Source: an uncultured Gemmatimonadales bacterium (GTDB taxonomy: Bacteria; Gemmatimonadota; Gemmatimonadetes; Gemmatimonadales; GWC2-71-9). Taken from it: 64,000 nucleotides of DNA. A program made the position numbers and the translations under genes. Location: assembly GCA_963695555.1 (NCBI GenBank), contig CAVOGR010000005.1, forward strand, positions 160,001-224,000. Reading direction: 5' to 3'. Of this stretch, positions 33,082-42,808 are shown piece by piece. The notes under the pieces were generated by a model. It was not told the origin of the DNA. It worked only from the letters and a program-made list of their open reading frames with translations, and did not search any database. The stretch's first letter is position 1; each line of letters begins with the position of its first letter.

Positions 33082-34983
33082 GTGACGTCCGATCTCACGG
33101 CCCGGCTGGCGCTGGCCCGCGGCCTTCTCGCGCGCCACCTGGGCTACGCCGACTTTCGCCCGGCCCAACGGCGGGTGGTGCAATCCATCCTCGCAGGCCG
33201 AGACACGCTGGCCGTCCTACCGACGGGGGCGGGGAAGTCGGTGTGTTTTCAGATCCCGGCCATGGTCCTCGACGGCTTTACAGTCGTCGTATCGCCGCTC
33301 ATCTCCCTCATGCAAGACCAGGTGCAGGCGGCGGTGGCCCGCGGCATGCCGGCCGCTCTGCTCAACAGCACACTCGATCGACGCGCGCAGCAATCCGTCC
33401 TGGCAGCGGTCAGAGACGGGGCCGTCAAGCTGCTCTACGTCTCTCCGGAACGTCTCCCGCGGCTGACCGGCCAACTCCGGGAACTCGGCATGCGGCCGGG
33501 CCTCCTCGCCATCGACGAGGCCCACTGCATCGCGGAATGGGGTCACGACTTCCGGCCGAGCTACCGACAGCTTCGTCGAGCCCGGTATCTGCTCGGCCGG
33601 CCCCCAACCATCGCCCTCACCGGGAGTGCCACGCCTGAGGTGCGACAGGATATCGCCGCGTCGCTGGGGTTCGAAGCCGGCGGGCGGAGGTTCGACCTCC
33701 ACCTTGCCTCCTTCGACCGGGCCAATCTCTGGTTCGGAGTGCGGCGGCTGAAGCACGAGCGCGAGCGGCTCCGCCTGCTGCTCGACTTGCTCGACGGCGA
33801 CGATCGGATGGCCATCGTCTACGCGCCGACCCGGAATATTGCGGAGGGAATTACGCGCGGGCTCATCAGGGCCGGCTATTGCGCGGCCCCGTATCATGCG
33901 GGGCTCTCGAAGGACCTCCGCCGGAGGGTGTTGGATCGCTTCCTCGAGGACCGGCTCGAGGTGGTCGTGGCGACGTCGGCGTTCGGGATGGGCATCGACA
34001 AGCCGACGGTGCGGCTGGTGGTGCATTGGACCTTGCCGCCGACCGTGGAGTCCTACTATCAGGAAGCGGGGAGAGCCGGCCGTGACGGCGAGCTGTCCCG
34101 TTGCATCGTGCTCTACCGAAAGGGCGACACCACACTGCACCGGCGGCAGCTCGAGGTCACGTTTCCTTCCACTCGTCTGGTGGAGCGTGCCTGGCAGTCG
34201 CCCGATGGACGAGCGTGCCTGCCGGCGAATATCCTCGCCTCGGTCGACCGGCTCGAGCGGGAACTCAGACCCGATGGCGGACCGGTGGACTGGCGTGGCG
34301 TGCTCGAGCGGCGGCGGCGGGCCCAGGCGCGCCTTCGGGCGATGGAACGTTACGTCACAGCCCGCACATGTCGGCGGCGGGTGCTACTCGCCTACTTTGG
34401 CGAGCGGGCGTCCGGACGCTGCCAAGGGTGTGACCGATGCCGCCCCCCGGCGCCTGGCCGGCCATCCCATCCTGATGCGCGCCGCCGCTTCGCTCGCCTC
34501 ACGGCCGCGATAGGATCCCGGGGTGCCCCCTGGGGCGGGCGCCTTGTGAGCGGTACCACGCTTCGGGCGTTGGCCGAGTCGCCACCGGCGACGGCCGATG
34601 CGCTGGCGTCGTTTCCCGGCGTCGGTCCGGTGGTGGCCGAACGGTTGAGCGGGACCATCCTCTCAGCGCTCGGCTCCACTGATTTAATGGAAGAGGGCGT
34701 TGCGTGCGACTTCGCATTGCGCCGCCTCAGAGCATGGAGAGATGACGCCGCCCGAGCGATGAGTGTCCCACCCTACACGGTGATGCCGGACGCTGTGCTG
34801 CAGCGGATAGTTCGGGCGGCACCCCGGACCCGTGCTGAGTTGAGCCGGATTGCTGGACTTGGCCCAAGGGTCATCATGGCATTCGGCGAGGAGATTGTCG
34901 AGCTGTGCCGAAGTCCGGAGGGTACAACGAAGGCCTCACCGGAGATGGCAGGAAGGTCGGGTGGTGCGGCGCCGAGGGAGTAG
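33082..34983 (+). CDS. recQ: RecQ-family helicase with two HRDC-like domains
   Basis: LPTGAGKS, DEAHC, SYYQEAGRAGRDG, CRR...C..CDRC; start codon approximate. Confidence 0.88.
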   Translation: MTSDLTARLALARGLLARHLGYADFRPAQRRVVQSILAGRDTLAVLPTGAGKSVCFQIPAMVLDGFTVVVSPLISLMQDQVQAAVARGMPAALLNSTLDRRAQQSVLAAVRDGAVKLLYVSPERLPRLTGQLRELGMRPGLLAIDEAHCIAEWGHDFRPSYRQLRRARYLLGRPPTIALTGSATPEVRQDIAASLGFEAGGRRFDLHLASFDRANLWFGVRRLKHERERLRLLLDLLDGDDRMAIVYAPTRNIAEGITRGLIRAGYCAAPYHAGLSKDLRRRVLDRFLEDRLEVVVATSAFGMGIDKPTVRLVVHWTLPPTVESYYQEAGRAGRDGELSRCIVLYRKGDTTLHRRQLEVTFPSTRLVERAWQSPDGRACLPANILASVDRLERELRPDGGPVDWRGVLERRRRAQARLRAMERYVTARTCRRRVLLAYFGERASGRCQGCDRCRPPAPGRPSHPDARRRFARLTAAIGSRGAPWGGRLVSGTTLRALAESPPATADALASFPGVGPVVAERLSGTILSALGSTDLMEEGVACDFALRRLRAWRDDAARAMSVPPYTVMPDAVLQRIVRAAPRTRAELSRIAGLGPRVIMAFGEEIVELCRSPEGTTKASPEMAGRSGGAAPRE

Positions 34984-35003
34984 TCGCGACTTCGTGCTGT
35001 TCT

Positions 35004-35282
35004 TTAGTTCTCGCTACCCGCAGGATCGCGGCGGTGCGCAATCTCGCGCCGTGCGTGTCGGAACCGGACGATGCCCAATAGCAGGGTGACGACTGCACAT
35101 GCGATGCCGGCCCAGCCGAGCCAGATCAAGGCCGGCGACTCGAAGAGATGCACCAGGCCGATGCCGGTGGCCCCGAATGCGACCGCGGTGCGTCCATATG
35201 CGAGAATGGTCCGCTCATTTGCGAGTTCGGTTCGGATCATGGCCAGGCGATCCCGAACCAGGGTATCCAAATTCTGCTCCAT
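35004..35282 (-). CDS. DUF202 (YidH-like) membrane protein
   Basis: RTELANERTILAYGRT. Confidence 0.85.
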   Translation of the reverse strand: MEQNLDTLVRDRLAMIRTELANERTILAYGRTAVAFGATGIGLVHLFESPALIWLGWAGIACAVVTLLLGIVRFRHARREIAHRRDPAGSEN

Positions 35283-35445
35283 CGCGGCTCCTTAGAGAGG
35301 CTCGGGTCAGCCAACCCGGGAAAGCTAACCGCGGCAGACTATGCGCGCCGTCGCCCGGTCGTGTGAGCCGTCTCACCGCCGGTGCGGGCGGACATTAATT
35401 ATCTTGCGCCACTCCACCAACTGTCTCACTGAGTCCGGATGCACC

Positions 35446-36912
35446 ATGAGGATGCCCACTATTACACCGCTCAGCCTGCTCCTCCTTTTCGCCTGCGCAA
35501 GTGACACAACCAGCCCCGTGCCCCCGGCCGTGCTGACGCTCGCCGTATCGCCCGCCGGGCGGCATGCATCTGTTGCAAGCGGCAGTACGACCCCCGTGCC
35601 GGACTCCACCGACGTTTTGCTCACCGGCCCCGGCGCGAGTGCCGCAACATGGAATGTCACGCACTCCGGGCAGGCGACCTGGGTGACCCTGACGGCCGCT
35701 AGCGGCACGGGCAGCGGAACGATCCGGTGGACCCGTGACCCTACAGGCCTTCCGGACGGCAGCTATGTCGACACCCTGACCGTGACGGTGGCCGGTGCCT
35801 CGGGGAGTCCCGCTCGAGTGGTCGATACGCTCGTGATCGGCTCGGCTCCCGTCGCGCCTTCACTTGCACTCGTGGCATCGGGCCTCTCAACCCCGCTCTT
35901 TCTCACCGCCCCGCCCGGAGACAATTCGCGTTTCTTCATTGTTGAGAAACTCGGCCGCATCCGGATCGTCAAGAACGGCACCCTGCTCGGCACCCCGTTC
36001 CTCGATATCAGTTCGCAGGTCTCCGGCGGGGGCGAGCAGGGCTTGCTGGGCCTGGCGTTTCATCCGCAATACGCGCAGAACGGCATCTTCGTCGTGAATT
36101 ACACCAACCAGGCCGGCGACACCCGGGTATCGCGCTTCACGGTCTCGGCCAACCCCGACCTCGCCGACGGCGGGAGCGAGCAGGTGATCCTGGCCGTTGC
36201 TCAACCGTTCGCAAACCACAACGGCGGCATGCTGGCCTTCGGACCGGATGGATACTTGTATGTTGGGCTGGGAGATGGTGGTTCCGGGGGCGACCCGCAA
36301 GGGAACGGCCAGGATCGGACGACCTTGCTCGGATCAATTCTCCGGCTGGACCTCGACGGTGCCGCCCCGTACGCGATTCCCCCAACCAATCCCTACGCCT
36401 CGAGTCAGACGTTCCAGCGGGAAATCTGGGCCTACGGCGTCCGGAATCCCTGGCGGTTCAGTTTCGACCGGACGACCGGTGATCTCTACATCGGTGACGT
36501 AGGACAAGGTGCCCGGGAAGAGATCGACTTCCAGGCCGCATCGAGCATGGGTGGGGAGAACTACGGTTGGAACATCATGGAAGGCGCCATCTGCTTCAGT
36601 CCGAGCAGCGGGTGCAATCAAACGGACCTGACGCTTCCGGTACTGGACTACGACCATTCCCAGGGGTGTTCGGTCACCGGAGGGCATGTCTACCGCGGTG
36701 CCGCTGTCCCTGCGCTCCTTGGCCGCTATCTCTATGCGGATTGGTGCCAGGGATGGGTTCGAACCTTCCGAATCCAGGGCAGACAGGCTGTGGAACACGA
36801 GGAGTGGCCAACCCTGGCGCCCGGCGGTTCGATCACGAGCTTCGGGGAGGACGCCCAGGGCGAAGTATACATTCTGGTCGGGTCGGGTTCGGTGTACCGT
36901 ATCGTGCCCTGA
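35446..36912 (+). CDS. PQQ-dependent sugar dehydrogenase (GSDH) lipoprotein with BACON-like N-domain
   Basis: LFAC lipobox, GEQGLLGLAFHP, NHNGG, FGPDGYLY, GVRNPWRFSFD, GDVGQ. Confidence 0.88.
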   Translation: MRMPTITPLSLLLLFACASDTTSPVPPAVLTLAVSPAGRHASVASGSTTPVPDSTDVLLTGPGASAATWNVTHSGQATWVTLTAASGTGSGTIRWTRDPTGLPDGSYVDTLTVTVAGASGSPARVVDTLVIGSAPVAPSLALVASGLSTPLFLTAPPGDNSRFFIVEKLGRIRIVKNGTLLGTPFLDISSQVSGGGEQGLLGLAFHPQYAQNGIFVVNYTNQAGDTRVSRFTVSANPDLADGGSEQVILAVAQPFANHNGGMLAFGPDGYLYVGLGDGGSGGDPQGNGQDRTTLLGSILRLDLDGAAPYAIPPTNPYASSQTFQREIWAYGVRNPWRFSFDRTTGDLYIGDVGQGAREEIDFQAASSMGGENYGWNIMEGAICFSPSSGCNQTDLTLPVLDYDHSQGCSVTGGHVYRGAAVPALLGRYLYADWCQGWVRTFRIQGRQAVEHEEWPTLAPGGSITSFGEDAQGEVYILVGSGSVYRIVP

Positions 36913-36934
36913 ACGGCACTCGAGATGTCGGTGA

Positions 36935-36985
36935 CAACCTCTTTTCCTGCAAGAGGTTGACAACCTTTCCCGTCAGTCTCACCTT
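36935..36985 (+). promoter_or_regulatory. Putative promoter and palindromic operator of the pyrimidine degradation operon
   Basis: TTGACA at 36957-36962 inside the palindrome AGGTTG-A-CAACCT; extra CAACCT at 36935; weak -10 CACCTT at N17. Confidence 0.5.
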
Positions 36986-37045
36986 GTGAAGGACCGGTCT
37001 CCGCGAGCCAGACGCGACCGGTCCTTCTCTTTTCCAAATGGTCCA

Positions 37046-38506
37046 ATGGCAACCAAGAAGACGACGACACTCAAGAACTACATCGGCGGCGAGTGGGTCC
37101 CGTCGCAGGCCACCGAGTACCTCGACATCACCAACCCCGCCGCCGGAACAGCGCTCGGGCAGGTTCCGCTCTCGCCATCGCGTGACGTCGACCAGGCGGT
37201 GGCCGCGGCCCAGCACGCATTTCTCACCTGGCGTGAGGTCCCACCCGTTGTACGGGCCCGCTACCTCTTCGGCTTCAAGGCCCTCATGGAAGAGCATTTC
37301 GAAGAGCTGGCGGCTACGGTGACCCGCGAGAACGGGAAGATCCTGAGCGAGTCGCGCGGCTCCGTCCGGCGTGGCATCGAGAACGTCGAGCATGCCTGCG
37401 GCATCCCCACCCTCATGATGGGCCGAACGCTCGAGGACATCGCCACTGGGATCGATTGCGAGTACATCCGGCAACCACTCGGTGTGTTCGCGGCGGTCAC
37501 GCCGTTCAACTTTCCCGCGATGGTGCCGCTCTGGTTCTGGCCTTACGCCATTGCCACGGGCAACACCTTCATTCTCAAGCCGAGCGAGCAGGTACCGTTC
37601 TCGCCGACTCGCATCGTCGAGTTGGCGCATGAGGCAGGGATACCGCCGGGCGTCTTGAACCTGGTGCACGGCGGGAAGGATGCCGTCAACGCTCTCCTGG
37701 CCCATCCTGGTATCGCCGGCATCTCCTTCGTCGGGTCGTCCCCGGTGGCCCGGCACGTGTATCAGGAGGCAGCCAGAACCGGCAAGCGGGTGCAGGCGCT
37801 CGGCGGCGCCAAGAACCACATCGTCATCATGCCGGATGCCGACCTCGCTCAGAGCGTCGAGAACGTGACCGAGTCGATCTTCGGCTGTGCCGGTCAGCGG
37901 TGCCTGGCGGGCAGCGTGGTGGTCGCCACCGGGAAGGCCTACGAGCCGTTCCGCGACCGGCTGGTCGATGCCGCCTCGAGCCTCAAGCTCGGAAACGGAA
38001 TGGATGCGGACGTGACGATGGGGCCCGTCGTGTCTCGCCGCCACAAGGAGCGTGTGCTCGGCTACGTCGACGCGGGCGAGGCCGAAGGGGCGAAATTGTT
38101 ACTGGACGGCCGAGGCACCAGGGTCGCAAGCTATCCGGACGGCCATTTCGTCGGGCCTACAGTGTTCGACGGGGTGGACCCGGATATGACCATCGGGCAC
38201 GAGGAGATCTTCGGCCCCGTAGCCTCGGTCACCCAGGTGGGCGACCTGGACCAGGCCGTTCAGATGATCCAGCGCTCCGGCTTCGCCAACGCCACCTCGA
38301 TCTTTACTACGAGTGGCAAGGCAGCGCGTGAGTTCCGCTACCGGGTTGGGGTGAGCATGATCGGCGTCAACATCGGGGTAGCGGCGCCCATGGCGTTCTT
38401 CCCGTTCGGCGGCACCAAGGGCTCCTTCTACGGGGACTTGAAGGCACATGGCTCGGACTCGATCGAGTTCTACACGGACAAGAAAGTCGTGATCTCGAGG
38501 TGGTGA
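37046..38506 (+). CDS. mmsA: CoA-acylating (methyl)malonate-semialdehyde dehydrogenase
   Basis: TPFNFPAMVPLW, KPSEQ, SFVGS, GGAKNH, AGQRCLA, EEIFGP. Confidence 0.92.
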   Translation: MATKKTTTLKNYIGGEWVPSQATEYLDITNPAAGTALGQVPLSPSRDVDQAVAAAQHAFLTWREVPPVVRARYLFGFKALMEEHFEELAATVTRENGKILSESRGSVRRGIENVEHACGIPTLMMGRTLEDIATGIDCEYIRQPLGVFAAVTPFNFPAMVPLWFWPYAIATGNTFILKPSEQVPFSPTRIVELAHEAGIPPGVLNLVHGGKDAVNALLAHPGIAGISFVGSSPVARHVYQEAARTGKRVQALGGAKNHIVIMPDADLAQSVENVTESIFGCAGQRCLAGSVVVATGKAYEPFRDRLVDAASSLKLGNGMDADVTMGPVVSRRHKERVLGYVDAGEAEGAKLLLDGRGTRVASYPDGHFVGPTVFDGVDPDMTIGHEEIFGPVASVTQVGDLDQAVQMIQRSGFANATSIFTTSGKAAREFRYRVGVSMIGVNIGVAAPMAFFPFGGTKGSFYGDLKAHGSDSIEFYTDKKVVISRW

Positions 38507-38565
38507 GGGATGTGGGGGTGTAGGGGTGTAGGGGTGTAGGGGTGTAGGAAATAGGCGGTAGGATA
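38504..38565. repeat. G-rich repeat arm left of the four-helix-bundle gene
   Basis: TAGGGGTG x3, TAGGAAA, TAGGCGG, TAGGATA, beginning at the mmsA stop. Confidence 0.88.
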
Positions 38566-38925
38566 TTAGGAGGGATGACGAAGAGAGCGAAGTAAGCCTG
38601 TTACGAGCCGCATCACGTGTCCGGTCGCGGCAGTGACCTGCTCTGAGGTCTGAGGGGAAAGATAGTTCAGTTCAGATGCCAGGGCCGTGAGGCATTCGAC
38701 CTCGGCAGCCGAGGCCAAAGCGATCCGCAGGTGGCGGCGAAACAGACCCGGGGTATTGAGGGCATAGCCCTCAACGATATTGGCCTCGACGGAAACGGCC
38801 GCTCGTCTGATTTGGTCGAAGAGTATCCGAGCGCGTGGATGATACGCCGCGTCCGTCGTCCGCATCGTGAGCACAGCGAGCCCGTGCGCGCGCTGCCATG
38901 CCTTGAGTGATTTATACTTGTCCAT
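38566..38925 (-). CDS. Four helix bundle protein (23S rRNA IVP / Avd-like family)
   Basis: YKSLKAWQRA, DQIRRAAVSVEANIVEG, IALASAAEVE; antisense inside a catabolic operon. Confidence 0.9.
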   Translation of the reverse strand: MDKYKSLKAWQRAHGLAVLTMRTTDAAYHPRARILFDQIRRAAVSVEANIVEGYALNTPGLFRRHLRIALASAAEVECLTALASELNYLSPQTSEQVTAATGHVMRLVTGLLRSLRHPS

Positions 38926-39026
38926 TGAGGTAGGATGTCGATGGTGGATGATAGGTGGAGCATCAAATCTCCCGGGCTCAGTCCATTCTGACGCACCTAC
39001 TTCCTACCGCCTACGTCCTATTTCCT
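38926..39026. repeat. Second G-arm, spacer and inverted C-arm right of the four-helix-bundle gene
   Basis: TAGGATG-TCGATGG-TGGATGA-TAGGTGG, then CCTACTT-CCTACCG-CCTACGT-CCTATTT (reverse complements of TAGGnnn units). Confidence 0.85.
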
Positions 39027-39048
39027 GTCACCCGTATCTCGAGGTCTC

Positions 39049-39918
39049 ATGCGTAAGGTTATTGGCGGCCTCATCCAACTCTCCAACCCCATCAACGATC
39101 CTGACGCGTCCGTTTCCAAGATCCGGCAGGCGATGACGGAGAAGCACCTGCCGTTTATCGAAGAGGCGGGGAAGCGGGGCGTCCAGATTCTGTGCCTGCA
39201 GGAGATGTTCAACGGTCCCTATTTCTGTCCCAGCCAGGACAGCAAGTGGTGCGACATTGCCGAGCCCATTCCGGGCCCCACCATCGAGCTGATGCAGGGA
39301 ATCGCGAAGAAGCACGGCATGGTCATGATCGTCCCAATCTACGAACGGGAGATGGCCGGGGTGTATTACAACGCCGCCGCGGTGATCGATGCCGATGGTA
39401 CGTACCTGGGCAAGTACCGGAAGAACCACATCCCACACACATCGGGATTTTGGGAGAAGTTCTTCTTCAAGCCCGGCAACCTGGGATACCCGACATTCAA
39501 GACGCGCTACGCCACGATCGGGGTGTACATCTGCTACGACCGGCACTTTCCCGAGGGCGCCCGCCTGCTTGGCCTCAACGGCGCGGAGATCGTCTTCAAC
39601 CCGTCCGCCACGGTCAAGGGGTTGTCGCAGTATCTCTGGAAGCTGGAGCAGCCGGCCCACGCCGTCGCCAACGGGTACTTCATGGGATGCATCAACCGGG
39701 TCGGCACCGAAGCCCCGTGGAACATCGGCGAATTCTACGGCACCAGCTATTTCGTCGATCCGCGCGGGGCCACTCTGGCCGAGGGCAGCGAGGACCAGGA
39801 CGAGCTAGTCGTGGCAGAGATGGATCTCGACATGATCGAAGAAGTGCGGCGGACCTGGCAGTTCTTCCGGGACCGCCGGCCGGATACATACCAGGACATG
39901 GTGGAGCAACTGCCCTAG
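39049..39918 (+). CDS. Nitrilase-family beta-ureidopropionase (PydC-like)
   Basis: CLQE, KYRKNHIP, FWEKFFF, ICYDRHFPE; operon context. Confidence 0.88.
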   Translation: MRKVIGGLIQLSNPINDPDASVSKIRQAMTEKHLPFIEEAGKRGVQILCLQEMFNGPYFCPSQDSKWCDIAEPIPGPTIELMQGIAKKHGMVMIVPIYEREMAGVYYNAAAVIDADGTYLGKYRKNHIPHTSGFWEKFFFKPGNLGYPTFKTRYATIGVYICYDRHFPEGARLLGLNGAEIVFNPSATVKGLSQYLWKLEQPAHAVANGYFMGCINRVGTEAPWNIGEFYGTSYFVDPRGATLAEGSEDQDELVVAEMDLDMIEEVRRTWQFFRDRRPDTYQDMVEQLP

Positions 39919-39988
39919 GGAGTCGGGAGCAGGGAGTGGAGAGTAGGAGCACGCGCTGGCAAACCTACTCCCTACTCCCTACTCCCCC
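39916..39988. repeat. Empty heptamer cassette (G-arm/spacer/C-arm)
   Basis: TAGGGAG-TCGGGAG-CAGGGAG-TGGAGAG-TAGGAG from the stop codon, then CCTAC-TCCCTAC-TCCCTAC-TCCCC. Confidence 0.85.
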
Positions 39989-40025
39989 AGTTTTCCTCGT
40001 CCCTCACCCCTGCTTCGGATCAAAC

Positions 40026-41312
40026 ATGGACTCCGCAACCGCGCGCGCCAAGCACAAGGAATTTCTGTTCCCGTGTGTTGCCACGTACTACGAGGAGCCG
40101 GTGGTCTTGACGGCGGGGCAGGGCTGCTGCGTTCGCGATGCCGATGGCCGTGAGTATCTCGACTTCTTCGGGGGGATCGTCACCCTCGGCCTGGGGCACA
40201 GCCACCCCCACGTGGTGCAACGGGTGCAGGAACAGATCGCCCGGCTGGAGCACACCTCGAGCCTGTACGTGACGCAGGAGCAGATCCGCGTCGCTGAGCG
40301 GCTGGCATCCATGACACCGGGCAAGCTCAAGAAGAGCTTCTTCACCACGAGCGGGACCGAGGCGGACGAGACCGCCATTCTCCTGGCCAAGATCTTCACC
40401 GGCAGCCAGGAGATCATCGTCCTCCGCCACAGCTACGCTGGGCGGAGCCTCCAGGCCATCGCAATCACCGGCCACAGCCCCTGGCGGCTCATCCCCGCGC
40501 AGGTCCCCGGCATCAAGCACGGGCTGTCGCCCTATTGCTACCGGTGTCCCCTCGGATTGACCTATCCGTCCTGCGAAGTGAAGTGTGCCCAGGACCTGGA
40601 AGAGCTCATCCGCACCGCGACCAACGGCAAACCAGCCGCCTTCATGGCGGAGCCGATCCAGGGTGTCGGCGGCTTCATTACGCCGCCGAAGGAGTACTTC
40701 GAGATCGCGGTTGGCATCATTCGTAAGTACGGTGGCGTGTTCATCTGCGACGAAGTCCAGACCGGATTCGGTCGCACCGGTGACCATTGGTGCGGCATCG
40801 AGCATTGGGGGGTCGAGCCTGAGATCATGACCTTCGCCAAGAGTATCGCCAACGGATTCCCGGTGGGCGCCACCATCGCGACGGACGACGTGGCCGGCGC
40901 CTTCACCGGGCTCTCGCTCTCGACGTTCGGCGGGAATCCGATCTCGATGGCGGCTGCGGAGGCCACGCTGGAAACCATGGAAGGCGAGGATGTGCCCCGG
41001 CGCTCCGCGGCACGCGGCGCCCAACTTCGCCGAGCCCTGGAAGCGTTCCGCGAACAATACGCGTTCATCGGAGACGTGCGCGGTATGGGCCTGATGCAGG
41101 CCATCGAGCTGGTGGAGGACCGGCAGACCAAGGAGCCGTCAGCGAAACGGACCGCCCAATTCCACGAGGCGGCCAAGCGGCAGGGGCTCCTGATCGGGAA
41201 GGGCGGTCTCTATGGCAATGTCATCCGGCTGGCGCCGTCCATGCTGGTGACCGAGAGCGAGATCGATGACGGGATACGGCGGATGGGCTTGGCGCTGGCG
41301 GAGGTGAAGTGA
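40026..41312 (+). CDS. Class III aminotransferase (beta-alanine:pyruvate / AGXT2-like, PydD-like)
   Basis: YLDFFGGI, SGTEA, AEPIQGVGG, DEVQTGFGRTG, TFAKSIANG. Confidence 0.88.
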   Translation: MDSATARAKHKEFLFPCVATYYEEPVVLTAGQGCCVRDADGREYLDFFGGIVTLGLGHSHPHVVQRVQEQIARLEHTSSLYVTQEQIRVAERLASMTPGKLKKSFFTTSGTEADETAILLAKIFTGSQEIIVLRHSYAGRSLQAIAITGHSPWRLIPAQVPGIKHGLSPYCYRCPLGLTYPSCEVKCAQDLEELIRTATNGKPAAFMAEPIQGVGGFITPPKEYFEIAVGIIRKYGGVFICDEVQTGFGRTGDHWCGIEHWGVEPEIMTFAKSIANGFPVGATIATDDVAGAFTGLSLSTFGGNPISMAAAEATLETMEGEDVPRRSAARGAQLRRALEAFREQYAFIGDVRGMGLMQAIELVEDRQTKEPSAKRTAQFHEAAKRQGLLIGKGGLYGNVIRLAPSMLVTESEIDDGIRRMGLALAEVK

Positions 41313-42808
41313 GCGCGCCAGCCGCTGATTTGGCGATGCGCGGACCGGACGCCCGACTCGCGAATGCCGATCTGCTCCCGGTGGACGCGAGCCAGCGGAC
41401 CTGGGGCCTGTGGAACATGGCGGCCCTCTGGGTGGGCATGGCGATCACGATCCCGACCTACACGCTCGCGAGTAGCTTGGTGGATCGCGGGTGGACTTGG
41501 CAGGCGGCGGTCGGGTCGGTCGTGCTCGGCAATGTGATCGTCCTTATTCCCATCGCGCTCATCTCCCACGCCGGCACCCGGTACGGCATTCCATTTCCCG
41601 TGCTTACCCGGGCGTCGTTCGGGGTCTTCGGCGCCAACGTGCCGGCCCTCCTCCGGGCAATCGTCGCGTGCGGCTGGTTTGGAATTCAGACGTGGATCGG
41701 CGGCTTTGCCATCTTCAAGCTGCTGGAGGTGATGTGGCCGGGGATCGCCTCGCTGCCCGGGATTCTGCCCGGGTGGATGGGGTTGGGCACCGGGGAGCTC
41801 TTCTGCTTCCTCCTCTTCTGGGGGCTCAACCTATGGATTGCTTTGAGGGGCATGGAGTCCATCAAGTTTCTGGAGACCTACGGGTCGCCGTTTCTGCTGG
41901 CGGTCGGTCTCGCCCTCTTTGCCTGGGCCTGGATCCGTTCGGGCGGGCTCGGACCAATGTTGGTGAACCCCCCGGCGACTGAAGAGACACACGCGGGTGT
42001 GACAGCGGTGTTCGGCGCCGGGCTCACGTCGGCCGTGGCATTCTGGGGGACGATGGCATTATCGATTCCCGATTTTTCGCGGTATGCCAAGTCCCAACGC
42101 GACCAGATCGTGGGACAGGCCATCGGGCTTCCTGTGACAATGGCGCTGTTTAGCTTCATCGGCGCCGCCGTCACCAGCGCCACGGTGGTGATCTTCGGAG
42201 CCCGCATCTCCGATCCCATCGAGCTCATGTCGCGGGTTGGCGGGCCCGTCACCGTGATTATTGCCATGCTCGGACTGGCTATCGCGACCCTGACCACCAA
42301 CATCGCGGCCAACGTGGTGGCCCCCGCCAACGGGTTCAGCAACGTCGCGCCGACCAAGATCTCCTTCAAGGCCGGCGTCATCATCACGGCGGTGATCGGA
42401 ATCCTGATGATGCCATGGCGCCTCTATAGCGATGCCGCGGCCTACATCTTCACCTGGCTCATCGGATACGGAGCCCTCCTCGGGCCGGTGGCCGGCATCA
42501 TTATCACCGACTATTTCCTCTTGCGAAACCACCGTCTCGATGTCGAGGCGCTCTATCGGCGGGACGGTATCTATGCCTACCAAGGCGGAGTCAACTGGGT
42601 TGCGATCGTGGCCCTGATTCTCGGGATCGCCCCGAATATCCCCGGATTTCTGGCCGCTCTCCAGGTGGTCGAAGTCTCCTCCTTTTTTCAGGGCATCTAC
42701 GACTGGGCCTGGTTCGTCGGCTTCGGGCTGGCGGCCGTGGTGTACTTTCTCGGCATGCGCGTCACGGGCGCCGCTCCCGCGCGCGCCGTGGAGGTCGCAG
42801 CCGAATGA
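41309..42808 (+). CDS. NCS1 nucleobase:cation symporter
   Basis: GTRYGIPFPV..RASFG, WFGIQTW, IPDFSRY, NIAANVVAP. Confidence 0.92.
   Translation: MSAPAADLAMRGPDARLANADLLPVDASQRTWGLWNMAALWVGMAITIPTYTLASSLVDRGWTWQAAVGSVVLGNVIVLIPIALISHAGTRYGIPFPVLTRASFGVFGANVPALLRAIVACGWFGIQTWIGGFAIFKLLEVMWPGIASLPGILPGWMGLGTGELFCFLLFWGLNLWIALRGMESIKFLETYGSPFLLAVGLALFAWAWIRSGGLGPMLVNPPATEETHAGVTAVFGAGLTSAVAFWGTMALSIPDFSRYAKSQRDQIVGQAIGLPVTMALFSFIGAAVTSATVVIFGARISDPIELMSRVGGPVTVIIAMLGLAIATLTTNIAANVVAPANGFSNVAPTKISFKAGVIITAVIGILMMPWRLYSDAAAYIFTWLIGYGALLGPVAGIIITDYFLLRNHRLDVEALYRRDGIYAYQGGVNWVAIVALILGIAPNIPGFLAALQVVEVSSFFQGIYDWAWFVGFGLAAVVYFLGMRVTGAAPARAVEVAAE

Noticed and set aside
38566..38925. Diversity-generating retroelement (Avd-like gene) or rRNA intervening sequence
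   Set aside because: No reverse transcriptase, no TR/VR pair and no rRNA in the window; B/C lipoprotein differences do not look adenine-specific by eye
39192..40025. Apparent 706-aa aminotransferase
   Set aside because: The upstream part is an off-frame read of the nitrilase gene and repeat arms; the real start is 40026
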